In this document: positions 18,544 through 25,822 of the stretch, one piece after another
Numbering within the stretch: position 1 is the stretch's first letter
Layout: each line of letters begins with the position of its first letter
Source: a virus
Lineage: Duplodnaviria; Heunggongvirae; Uroviricota; Caudoviricetes
Direction: 5' to 3' (one strand)
DNA length: 27,971 nucleotides
IMG/VR virus record: IMGVR_UViG_3300042997_000183
Span: 64,001-91,971 of that record
Position numbers and translations under genes: made by a program
Notes under the pieces: model-generated
What the model saw: the letters and a program-made list of their open reading frames with translations, nothing else
Database searches by the model: none
What the model was told of the DNA's origin: nothing

Positions 18544-18837
18544 ATGAAACAACCTATTGAAAATTTCAAAGTTTGGATTTTCCCTAGCTTAGTATCAATA
18601 CTAGCTATGATGATTTGGAATGATGTCAGTGAAATCAAAGCTGATGTAAAAGCCCTCATGGCTCGGTCTAATATAGACAAGACACGTATAGACAATCTAG
18701 AGAGGCTCATCTATAAGAAGACAGCTTCTATTCCTGTTGATTTACCAAGTGCAGACTTGGAATTAACAAGCTATGCCATCCTACCTAACAATAGAAAAAC
18801 AATTAAAAACGAAAAACATGAAGAAATTCTTTTCTGA
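18544..18837 (+). CDS. Single-TM membrane protein, putative holin/antiholin
   Basis: N-terminal hydrophobic helix VWIFPSLVSILAMMIW, then a coiled-coil-like stretch; first gene of the lysis cassette. Confidence 0.55.
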   Translation: MKQPIENFKVWIFPSLVSILAMMIWNDVSEIKADVKALMARSNIDKTRIDNLERLIYKKTASIPVDLPSADLELTSYAILPNNRKTIKNEKHEEILF

Positions 18838-19069
18838 TCTATTTGATGACAGCAACTCAATCAATGAGAAAGCTGTAATTGGCTTTGCTTCTTTTGTAAT
18901 TATGATAATATTTGCTATAACAGATATTGTTACAGGAGCTATGAATAAACCATTGTTAGTAAATGAGTTCATATATGACTCATTTAAAATCTTGACTATA
19001 GCTTGTTTTGGAATTGCTTCCGTGGACAAGTTTATAAACAAGAAGAACCAAACTGAAGATAATGAATAG
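18818..19069 (+). CDS. Putative holin (two TM helices, charged C-terminus)
   Basis: Likely start is the ATG at 18818 (MKKFFSDLF). Two hydrophobic segments, a KKNQTEDNE tail, two genes upstream of the endolysin. Confidence 0.65.
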   Translation: MKKFFSDLFDDSNSINEKAVIGFASFVIMIIFAITDIVTGAMNKPLLVNEFIYDSFKILTIACFGIASVDKFINKKNQTEDNE

Positions 19070-19670
19070 ATTACTTATTTTTGTAATTGCTGTTTTAATG
19101 GCAATCATACTTTTCCAAAAAGATGGTTGTACATATATAAAAGATAAACAACCTGAGGTGGTCACTGTACATGATACAACATGGCAAGTGCATGACTCAT
19201 TGATTATCAAGAAGTTAAAGGTTAAGGAGACAATATATGAAACTATTCAAACTCCTCCAGAGTATATAGCTGATACATCCTATCCTAGGCTCAAAGAACA
19301 ATATGATTCATTAGTTGTTGCCTACCTGGCAAAGAACATCTATGCTGATACATTGAAGCTGGACACCTTAGGATATGTAGCTATAGCTGATACATTACAG
19401 AAAAACAACTTACAGAATAGATCTTATAAATACAACTATAAGATACCTACTATTCATACAACTACAACCATTACTAAGTACGCACCCCTTAAGAATCAAT
19501 TATATATGGGTGGTGGTGTAATTGGTGACAAGACATCAGGTGTTGAAAATGTAAATCTTGGATTACTTCTTAAGACTAAGAAGGATCAGATTTATAGTGT
19601 GATGGTTGGTACAGACGTTGAAGGTCAAATAAACTATGGCTTTCAGTTATTTTGGAAAATCAAAAAATAA
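19062..19670 (+). CDS. Exported lysis-associated protein (N-terminal signal/anchor, C-terminal amphipathic beta strands)
   Basis: Hydrophobic N-terminus with Cys23, six D-(S/T)-(L/T) sequons, and C-terminal alternating beta strands ending FQLFWKIKK. Directly upstream of the endolysin. Confidence 0.6.
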   Translation: MNRLLIFVIAVLMAIILFQKDGCTYIKDKQPEVVTVHDTTWQVHDSLIIKKLKVKETIYETIQTPPEYIADTSYPRLKEQYDSLVVAYLAKNIYADTLKLDTLGYVAIADTLQKNNLQNRSYKYNYKIPTIHTTTTITKYAPLKNQLYMGGGVIGDKTSGVENVNLGLLLKTKKDQIYSVMVGTDVEGQINYGFQLFWKIKK

Positions 19671-19673
19671 AAA

Positions 19674-20273
19674 ATGAATTTAGAAAAATTAAAAGGACAC
19701 ATTCCTGACACAGTGATTGCTCAGATTCCTGATGTACAAACTAAGTTTGAAATCAATACTCCTTTAAGACTAGCTCATTTCTTGGCTCAGTGTGGTCATG
19801 AATCAGGTGGATTCAAAGCTGTTTCAGAGAATCTAAACTATGGGGCTAAAGGTCTTATGACCACTTTTAAGAAATACTTTCCTACAGAAGCATTAGCTAA
19901 TGCATATGCTCGTCAGCCAGAAAAGATTGCTAACAAGGTGTATGGTGGTCGTATGGGTAATGGTTTAGAAGCATCTGGTGAGGGTTGGAAGTTCAGAGGA
20001 CGTGGTTACATTCAGCTAACTGGAAAGGATAACTACACAGCTTTTGATAAATCTGTAGAGGATGATATCCTAGCCACTCCTGATTTAGTAGCTACAAAGT
20101 ATCCTTTATTATCTGCAGCTTGGTTCTTCCATAAGAATGGTTTACATAAGATTGCTGATGAGGGGGCTACAGATGCTGTAGTAACTAAGGTGACTAAGCG
20201 TGTAAATGGTGGTACAATTGGTCTTGCTGATCGTATCAAGCATTTCAATGAATACAATAACCTATTAAAATAA
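19674..20273 (+). CDS. Endolysin, glycoside hydrolase family 19 (chitinase/lysozyme-like)
   Basis: RLAHFLAQCGHESGGF...ENLNY, FRGRGYIQLTGKDNY, SAAWFF and VTKRVNGGTIGLADR are GH19 phage lysin motifs. Confidence 0.95.
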   Translation: MNLEKLKGHIPDTVIAQIPDVQTKFEINTPLRLAHFLAQCGHESGGFKAVSENLNYGAKGLMTTFKKYFPTEALANAYARQPEKIANKVYGGRMGNGLEASGEGWKFRGRGYIQLTGKDNYTAFDKSVEDDILATPDLVATKYPLLSAAWFFHKNGLHKIADEGATDAVVTKVTKRVNGGTIGLADRIKHFNEYNNLLK

Positions 20274-20279
20274 AATATA

Positions 20280-20528
20280 ATGAACTATGGTCAAGAGTTT
20301 ATGAATAAACTAAAGGAGCAGTCCTTTACAATATTGATCCTAGTTGGTATTATGTATTATCAGAATAGTTTATTTACATCTCAGATGAACGAGTATAAAC
20401 AGATGATTAAGTCAAAAGAAGAACTAATCCTGAAGTTAACTGAAGATGAAAGACAAAGACTATTAGACAGAGAAAAATATCTAATGGCTCAAAGAGATGA
20501 ATTTATACAAGATTTAAAAAGAAAATAA
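20280..20528 (+). CDS. Small TM + coiled-coil protein (lysis cassette)
   Basis: FTILILVGIMYY helix followed by a charged heptad-like stretch. Confidence 0.6.
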   Translation: MNYGQEFMNKLKEQSFTILILVGIMYYQNSLFTSQMNEYKQMIKSKEELILKLTEDERQRLLDREKYLMAQRDEFIQDLKRK

Positions 20529-20830
20529 TGGCAGCAAAAAAAGAAACAAACATTTCAGCAAATCCTTTACCTATAAGTTTTAAGGAGTTTGCTAAGAACC
20601 CAATAGTGGGTACACTCTTCCTAGTACTCATTGCTATTTCATACCTATATATAGATGTGCGTACAACATTCAAAGAGCAGGCAACTTCTCAGAATGTACG
20701 TATTGATAAGGTGGAAGGTAGATTAGATAAGGTGCAGGAAGCACTAAGAGTTAGTGACAGCACTAAAGCTGTGACTACCACCCAGTTACAAACATTACAA
20801 CAATTAGGAGCTATAAAAAAGTTAAACTAA
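20528..20830 (+). CDS. TM + coiled-coil protein, i-spanin- or holin-like
   Basis: IVGTLFLVLIAISYLYI helix, then a periplasmic-looking coiled coil. 1-bp TAATG overlaps with both neighbours. Confidence 0.6.
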   Translation: MAAKKETNISANPLPISFKEFAKNPIVGTLFLVLIAISYLYIDVRTTFKEQATSQNVRIDKVEGRLDKVQEALRVSDSTKAVTTTQLQTLQQLGAIKKLN

Positions 20831-21159
20831 TGAGAGTATTAACATTTTTAATATTAATAAGTCTATATGGATGTCAATATACCACAGCTCAGCACGCTGA
20901 TGAAACAGTTAAAGAAGATAAAGAGCTTGAGTCCCTACTTAACAAAGTTTCAGAAAATAATAAAAATGGTGCAGCTGTACAAGAAGGTGCTGCCAAAGCA
21001 CAAACAAAAATAGTAAACCAAGCAGTTAGCCAAATTGTATCATTAAAGGCAGAGGTTAGCTCATTAAAATCTGAATTAAGCAATGCTAAAAGTAAACTTG
21101 ATAGTAATCTTGCTGACACTGGTGTCAAATTTAACCTATTGCCAGTATCCGATCGTTAA
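20830..21159 (+). CDS. Putative lipoprotein with coiled coil, o-spanin-like
   Basis: Short signal MRVLTFLILISLYG-C (relaxed lipobox) and heptad IVSLKAEVSSLKSELSNAKSKL. Confidence 0.55.
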   Translation: MRVLTFLILISLYGCQYTTAQHADETVKEDKELESLLNKVSENNKNGAAVQEGAAKAQTKIVNQAVSQIVSLKAEVSSLKSELSNAKSKLDSNLADTGVKFNLLPVSDR

Positions 21160-21469
21160 GAAGATAGGAAATGATTCTGTAGTGATAATGACTTTAAAGC
21201 AGGCAACCACTATAAATGATAATTTTCAATCTAATAAAACTACAATTGATTCACTAAGAACATCTGGTTATAAAAAAGATAGCATTATAAATAAGGAAAA
21301 AACAACATATGATAGCTTGTATACAGTTACAAATCAGTATAGAGTGAGATATGATGAAAGATTAAATATGCGTATTCCTATTCCTAAAGACAATAATAAA
21401 TGGGAATTCACTCAAAAGATGGTACTAATTGGTGTTATAGTATTACAATTCTTCACTATAAAAAGATAA
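21083..21469 (+). CDS. Exported protein with N-terminal signal and C-terminal TM anchor (spanin-like)
   Basis: Signal MLKVNLIVILLTLVSNLTYC-QY; C-terminal MVLIGVIVLQFF; overlaps the previous gene by 77 bp. Confidence 0.55.
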   Translation: MLKVNLIVILLTLVSNLTYCQYPIVKKIGNDSVVIMTLKQATTINDNFQSNKTTIDSLRTSGYKKDSIINKEKTTYDSLYTVTNQYRVRYDERLNMRIPIPKDNNKWEFTQKMVLIGVIVLQFFTIKR

Positions 21470-21479
21470 AACAATCAAC

Positions 21480-21608
21480 ATGGCAAAGGCTAAAGGAGGA
21501 TCATCCTCACAAAAACTCACATTTGGAAAACGTAAAGGCGGTAAAGCTTCAAAATCCAAAGGTCCAAAAGACAAACCAGTAAAGAAATATAAAGGTCAAG
21601 GTAAGTAG
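21480..21608 (+). CDS. Lys/Gly-rich basic microprotein (42 aa), not in the ORF track
   Basis: Manual translation: MAKAKGGSSSQKLTFGKRKGGKASKSKGPKDKPVKKYKGQGK*. It fills the gap after 21469, has an A-rich start context, and ends in a KxYxGQGK motif seen in small phage proteins. Confidence 0.8.
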   Translation: MAKAKGGSSSQKLTFGKRKGGKASKSKGPKDKPVKKYKGQGK

Positions 21609-21641
21609 TATTACTACCAACATATAGATATTTCTAAACTC

Positions 21642-21680
21642 TAATCAATTTAGTTAGAAATCAATTAATCAATTTAGTTA
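21642..21680. repeat. 15-bp direct repeat TAATCAATTTAGTTA x2 upstream of a promoter
   Basis: Exact copies at 21642-21656 and 21666-21680, with a third AATCAAT core at 21659-21665. Confidence 0.85.
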
Positions 21681-21699
21681 TTGTAAATTATTGATGCTC

Positions 21700-21730
21700 A
21701 TTGGTTATAGTAAAAAACAACATATCTTTG
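21700..21730 (+). promoter_or_regulatory. Bacteroidota-type promoter for the collagen / Thr-stalk / glycosyltransferase block
   Basis: TTG at 21701-21703, a 19-bp spacer, TATCTTTG at 21723-21730; 19 bp before the ATG at 21750. Confidence 0.78.
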
Positions 21731-21749
21731 AATATTAATTTTCACAATC

Positions 21750-22691
21750 ATGGCAATACCAAGTAGACAGATAGGCTGGGGCACAGAAGAGAATCTTTTG
21801 TGGCAGATTTCTAAACAATTAGAAGCTCTTACAGGAGTGACATATAATAGTGGAGGTGGTGGTATTGTAGGTCCTCAAGGACCTATTGGTCCTCAGGGTC
21901 CACAAGGAATACAAGGAATACAAGGTGTGCAAGGTGAAACTGGAGCTCAAGGAAGTGCAGGTAATTCTGTAACTCTTCTTGGATCTTATGCTGATCTTGC
22001 TGCATTTAATGCAGGAGCAGGAAGTTTACCAGGTGCTAACATTGGTGATGCATGGATTTTATTATCTGATGGATCATTGATGACTTGGAATGGAACTGTA
22101 TGGTTTGATGCTGGTGATATAAAAGGACCTCAAGGTGATCAAGGCATCCAAGGTGATCAAGGTGTTCAAGGAGAGCAAGGTATACAAGGTGTGCAGGGTA
22201 TTCAAGGAATTCAGGGTGCAGCTGGTGGGTTTGGTTATCTAGGATCTTTCTATGACACTACAAATCAAACAGGTGTTGCTAATAGTGTTCTTACAATGGG
22301 TCTTAATAATTCAGATTCTTGGAACAACGGTGTTTCAATTGTTTCTGGTAATAGAATAACTATAGCTAATCCTGGTGTATATAGCATAGCGTTTAGTGCT
22401 CAGATGGTAAAAAATACTGGTAACACTGCTACACACATTCATATTTGGTTAGCACAAAATGGTACATCTATACCAACTAGTGCTTCTCAAATAAGTTTCC
22501 CATCTAATTCTGTATATGTTGTACCAGCATGGAACTTTTTTGTTAAAACAACAGTGGCTAATGAATATGTACAGCTTAAGTGGGAAATAAATAGTAATCA
22601 AGATAATGCAGTAGTAATGACATCAGCTGTAGCTACAGGAAATATCCCTGCTATTCCTGGATTAATTGTAACAGTAAATCAAGTAGGATAA
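21750..22691 (+). CDS. Collagen-like virion fibre/spike with a C1q/BclA-CTD-like C-terminal domain
   Basis: Two Gly-X-Y runs (GPQGPIGPQGPQGIQGIQ..., GPQGDQGIQGDQGVQ...) separated by a short Trp-containing domain. The C-terminus GSFYDTTNQ...RITIANPGVYSIAFSAQ resembles TNF/C1q-like trimerisation heads. Confidence 0.85.
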   Translation: MAIPSRQIGWGTEENLLWQISKQLEALTGVTYNSGGGGIVGPQGPIGPQGPQGIQGIQGVQGETGAQGSAGNSVTLLGSYADLAAFNAGAGSLPGANIGDAWILLSDGSLMTWNGTVWFDAGDIKGPQGDQGIQGDQGVQGEQGIQGVQGIQGIQGAAGGFGYLGSFYDTTNQTGVANSVLTMGLNNSDSWNNGVSIVSGNRITIANPGVYSIAFSAQMVKNTGNTATHIHIWLAQNGTSIPTSASQISFPSNSVYVVPAWNFFVKTTVANEYVQLKWEINSNQDNAVVMTSAVATGNIPAIPGLIVTVNQVG

Positions 22692-22703
22692 AATTTATTA
22701 ATA

Positions 22704-22865
22704 ATGGCAATACCTTCTAGACAAATAGGTTGGAGTACAAAAAGTAACTTGCTTTGGCAGATATCTAAGCAATTAGAGACTCTGACACGTGTTATGTATA
22801 ACAATGGTACAACTACCACTACTACAACTGTTCCTCCTACCACTACTACTACGACTACTGTTTAA
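22704..22865 (+). CDS. 53-aa microprotein, paralogue of the collagen protein N-terminus with a poly-Thr tail; not in the ORF track
   Basis: Manual translation: MAIPSRQIGWSTKSNLLWQISKQLETLTRVMYNNGTTTTTTTVPPTTTTTTTV*. Compare MAIPSRQIGWGTEENLLWQISKQLEALTGVTYN at 21750. Confidence 0.88.
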   Translation: MAIPSRQIGWSTKSNLLWQISKQLETLTRVMYNNGTTTTTTTVPPTTTTTTTV

Positions 22866-22874
22866 TAAAAAGAT

Positions 22875-23738
22875 ATGAGTTTAACTGCTTACATAAGATA
22901 TGATAATAAGGGAAGGATTGTTCCAGGTGGACCAATAGTAACTTCAGTTAAACCTAAGGTGGGTGACTGGGTAGCTATTAGTGACGTTCTTGTTACAACC
23001 ACCCCTCCCAACTATAAACTACGTGCATTTGTTAGATATATAAATAAAATAGGTGGTCAAAATAACAGCAACAAATATGTAGCTGGTAGTTTGATTCTTC
23101 AACATGATGCTCCTCAGGATGGTAATTGGAAAGAGGTTTATTTCATAAAGCCTTGTGAGTCTTGTAACCCAAGCACCACCACCACATCTACAAGTACATC
23201 TACTACAACTTCTACAAGTACAACAACCTCTACAACTAGTACAACAACAACTGCTACACCTACAACAACCACCACCACAACAGATTCTTTTCAACCAATA
23301 AATTTATATAGTAATGGTGTAATATGTGGAGTAGGTACAGATTGGTCAACAAAAACACCAGCTGAAGTAAAATGTGATTGGATTGAAGTATTTAATAGTG
23401 GTAGTCCTAGCTATGGCGGAAGTTCATTCTTATACTATACATCTGCAGGATTTAATGTAGGAACACAAATATATAATACAACTCCTGGAAATCCTCCTGT
23501 TACATTTAGTGGTACTTATATATATGATTTAGGCGGTCCTTATTTAAATGCAAAAGTGTTTACATTAACAACTGGTATTATCTCTGCAATATATAATCTT
23601 GGTGATTTACCTGCATGTTCACCTTATATTTGTCCTACAACAACAACTACAACCACCAGTGCTCCTGGTGATTTTATAACAACAGAGGGTAGTGACCCCA
23701 TCATAACAGAGGGTGGTGATAATTTAATTATAGAATAA
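22875..23738 (+). CDS. Putative virion decoration protein: two N-terminal anchor repeats, a 37-aa Ser/Thr stalk and a Cys-bounded globular domain
   Basis: AYIRYDNKGRIVPGG...KPKVGDW and AFVRY...VAGSLIL...GNWKEV repeats. Ser/Thr tract at 23172-23282. Ends with GDFITTEGSDPIITEGGDNLIIE. Confidence 0.75.
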   Translation: MSLTAYIRYDNKGRIVPGGPIVTSVKPKVGDWVAISDVLVTTTPPNYKLRAFVRYINKIGGQNNSNKYVAGSLILQHDAPQDGNWKEVYFIKPCESCNPSTTTTSTSTSTTTSTSTTTSTTSTTTTATPTTTTTTTDSFQPINLYSNGVICGVGTDWSTKTPAEVKCDWIEVFNSGSPSYGGSSFLYYTSAGFNVGTQIYNTTPGNPPVTFSGTYIYDLGGPYLNAKVFTLTTGIISAIYNLGDLPACSPYICPTTTTTTTSAPGDFITTEGSDPIITEGGDNLIIE

Positions 23739-23748
23739 AAATATAAAA

Positions 23749-24294
23749 ATGGCAAACGTAAAAATTAGTCAACTGACAGCAGGTTCTGCATTAACTGGTG
23801 CAGAAGAAATTCCTGTAGTTCAAGGTAGTTCTACAGTAAAAACAACAGCACAAGATATTGCTGATTTAGCAGGTGGTGTTACAGGTGGTGGTACTACAAA
23901 TACTGTTCCTTTATTCAATGCAAGTACAAATGTTACAAATAGTGTTATTACACAAGTTTCAGGTAACATTCGTATTGGTTCAAACTATGGTCAAACAAAA
24001 AAAGTAAACGTTCAAGGGGACATAGATTTAAGTGGTATTTTATCAAACAATGGTACACAGATTATTAATGTAGGTACTAATTATTTGGCTAATGGAGATG
24101 GAACAGGAAAATTAACAACAAGTGGTGTTTTTGTAGATGATGCAAATTTATTAGTTACTATTGGTGGATCCTTTACTCCATATACATTAACTAACAGTGG
24201 AAATGTTATTTTCAACGGATTACCTACAAGTTCTGCTGGTTTACCAAGTGGTGCGTTATGGAGAAACGGAACTGTTATTAACATTGTACCTTAA
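23749..24294 (+). CDS. Short fibre/structural protein
   Basis: The N-terminal KISQLTAGSALTGAEEIPVVQG..TVKTT and C-terminal LPTSSAGLPSGALWRNG motifs are typical of phage fibre termini. Confidence 0.7.
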   Translation: MANVKISQLTAGSALTGAEEIPVVQGSSTVKTTAQDIADLAGGVTGGGTTNTVPLFNASTNVTNSVITQVSGNIRIGSNYGQTKKVNVQGDIDLSGILSNNGTQIINVGTNYLANGDGTGKLTTSGVFVDDANLLVTIGGSFTPYTLTNSGNVIFNGLPTSSAGLPSGALWRNGTVINIVP

Positions 24295-24335
24295 TTATAT
24301 ATTTATAATTAAATAAAACCAACAAAACTACATAT

Positions 24336-25352
24336 ATGAAGGATCTAAGATTTATCTGTGCTCAACCAGATGATACCTATTACACATGGCAGGTACATTT
24401 ATGGATAGAGAGCTTAAGGAAAATTGGACATTCAGACAAAGCAATTGTGCTTATATTCATTCCTAGTTATAGGGAAAAGAATACCAAATGGCAGCAAGTG
24501 ATAGACCTCTATCCAGAAGCTGAATTTGTGTTCTACAAAGATGAGCACCAGATTAGTAACATGTTAGGAGTTTATATTCCTGTGTTGCGTCCTTATTGTC
24601 TGAGAAGATATTTTGAAGAGAATCCAGGGATGAAAGATAAAGCTGTTATGTATTGTGATTCAGACGTAGTGTTTACAGAGAATCTAAACATAGATGCTTA
24701 TCTGGATGATGATATAAACTATGTATCTGATACAAACAGTTATATCAACGCTTCATATTTTGATAGTAAGATTAGAGATGTAAAGCCTGAAAAGCTTGAG
24801 TTGTACAAAACTAGAGACATTCTAGCTGAAACAGCAGAGTTTACAGGCATAACTAGAGAGATAGCTGAAGCTAATAATTTACATTCAGGAGGAGCTCAAT
24901 ACCTATTAAAGAACATCGACAGTGATTTCTGGGATAAGGTGTTGCAAGATTGTTTGGTAATTAGAACACATTTGCTAAACGTAAATAGAGAATTCTTTGA
25001 GAATGAAGATAAAGGCTTTCAAAGTTGGTGTGCTGATATGTGGGCTGTTCTCTGGGCTATTTGGTATAGGAAACAAGAAGCAAAGATTATTCCTGAAATG
25101 GATTTTGCTTGGTCTTCTGATCCAATTGAGAAAATAAAGAGAATGGGACTCCTACATAATGCAGGAATTGTTGGTGATCAAGCCAATGGGTATCCTGCTT
25201 TCTATAAAGGAAAGTATCACACAGGACAAGATCCTTTCAATGATCCTCATTTACAAGAAGTTATGAATAGTGAGATTAGTCAGAAGTTCTGTACACACTA
25301 TTATACATCACAACTGATGGAATTAAGAGAAAAATACAAATTATTATATTAA
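24336..25352 (+). CDS. GT-A fold glycosyltransferase resembling peptide O-glycosyltransferases of the HPAT/SGT1 (GT95/GT96) type
   Basis: YYTWQVHLWIESL, YIPVLRP, the DxD motif in MYCDSDVVF, GGAQYLLK, WCADMWAVLW and the late His in LLHNAG resemble the WQ / NRP / DxD / W..EMY / H order of HPAT/SGT1-like enzymes. Confidence 0.65.
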   Translation: MKDLRFICAQPDDTYYTWQVHLWIESLRKIGHSDKAIVLIFIPSYREKNTKWQQVIDLYPEAEFVFYKDEHQISNMLGVYIPVLRPYCLRRYFEENPGMKDKAVMYCDSDVVFTENLNIDAYLDDDINYVSDTNSYINASYFDSKIRDVKPEKLELYKTRDILAETAEFTGITREIAEANNLHSGGAQYLLKNIDSDFWDKVLQDCLVIRTHLLNVNREFFENEDKGFQSWCADMWAVLWAIWYRKQEAKIIPEMDFAWSSDPIEKIKRMGLLHNAGIVGDQANGYPAFYKGKYHTGQDPFNDPHLQEVMNSEISQKFCTHYYTSQLMELREKYKLLY

Positions 25353-25366
25353 CAAAAACGATTATT

Positions 25367-25810
25367 ATGAGTAATAAGAGAGACTTAAGAGCCTTTGTTC
25401 GCTTCGATGGAAGCGGAAGAATCGTTGCTGGTAGCTTAATCCTTAGGAAAAATAAACCTAAGGTGGGTAAATGGCATGAAATTCAAGCATACGAATGTTG
25501 TAATTACATTCCTTCATCTACAACAACAACAACCACACAAGGTGGTGGTGGTGTTACACCTACAGCGTGGGTTGGTAGAGTAACTTCAGATTTATTAAGT
25601 GCTTGTGAACAAGGTTTTAATGTATTCTATACAGCAACTTCTGTTATTAACGGAAATATGGTGTATCAAGATGCAGCTCTTACTAATCCGTTCACTCAAG
25701 TTGGATTGTATATTTCTACAGCAGGGTACTATTATCAAATTAATCAATCTAGTTTAGCTATATTAGTAGGACCTTGTCCAACAACAACAACAACCACAAC
25801 TGCACTTTAA
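25367..25810 (+). CDS. Putative virion decoration protein (anchor domain + poly-Thr + small domain + poly-Thr)
   Basis: LRAFVRFDGSGRIVAGSLILRKNKPKVGKWHEI...ECC, then SSTTTTTT and a terminal CPTTTTTTTAL; paralogue of 22875 and 25823. Confidence 0.75.
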   Translation: MSNKRDLRAFVRFDGSGRIVAGSLILRKNKPKVGKWHEIQAYECCNYIPSSTTTTTTQGGGGVTPTAWVGRVTSDLLSACEQGFNVFYTATSVINGNMVYQDAALTNPFTQVGLYISTAGYYYQINQSSLAILVGPCPTTTTTTTAL

Positions 25811-25822
25811 AATTAAATAAAA

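Noticed and set aside
16538-18817. Longer starts given by the ORF track at 16538 and 18773
   Set aside because: Both create needless overlaps; the ATGs at 16562 and 18818 have A/T-rich contexts and fit operon packing better.
21400-21582. 60-aa ORF in the track (MGIHSKDG...)
   Set aside because: It overlaps two better-supported genes (21083..21469 and 21480..21608) and has no plausible composition or start context.
365-24284. Many minus-strand ORFs of 60-172 aa in the ORF track
   Set aside because: Each lies antisense to longer + strand coding sequence, and none has a recognisable motif. They are expected shadows of the + strand codon bias (few TTA/CTA/TCA in that register).
24291-24312. 9-bp perfect inverted repeat TTAATTATA/TATAATTAA upstream of the HPAT-like gene
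   Set aside because: Entirely A/T within an AT-rich spacer; too weak for a terminator and plausible by chance.
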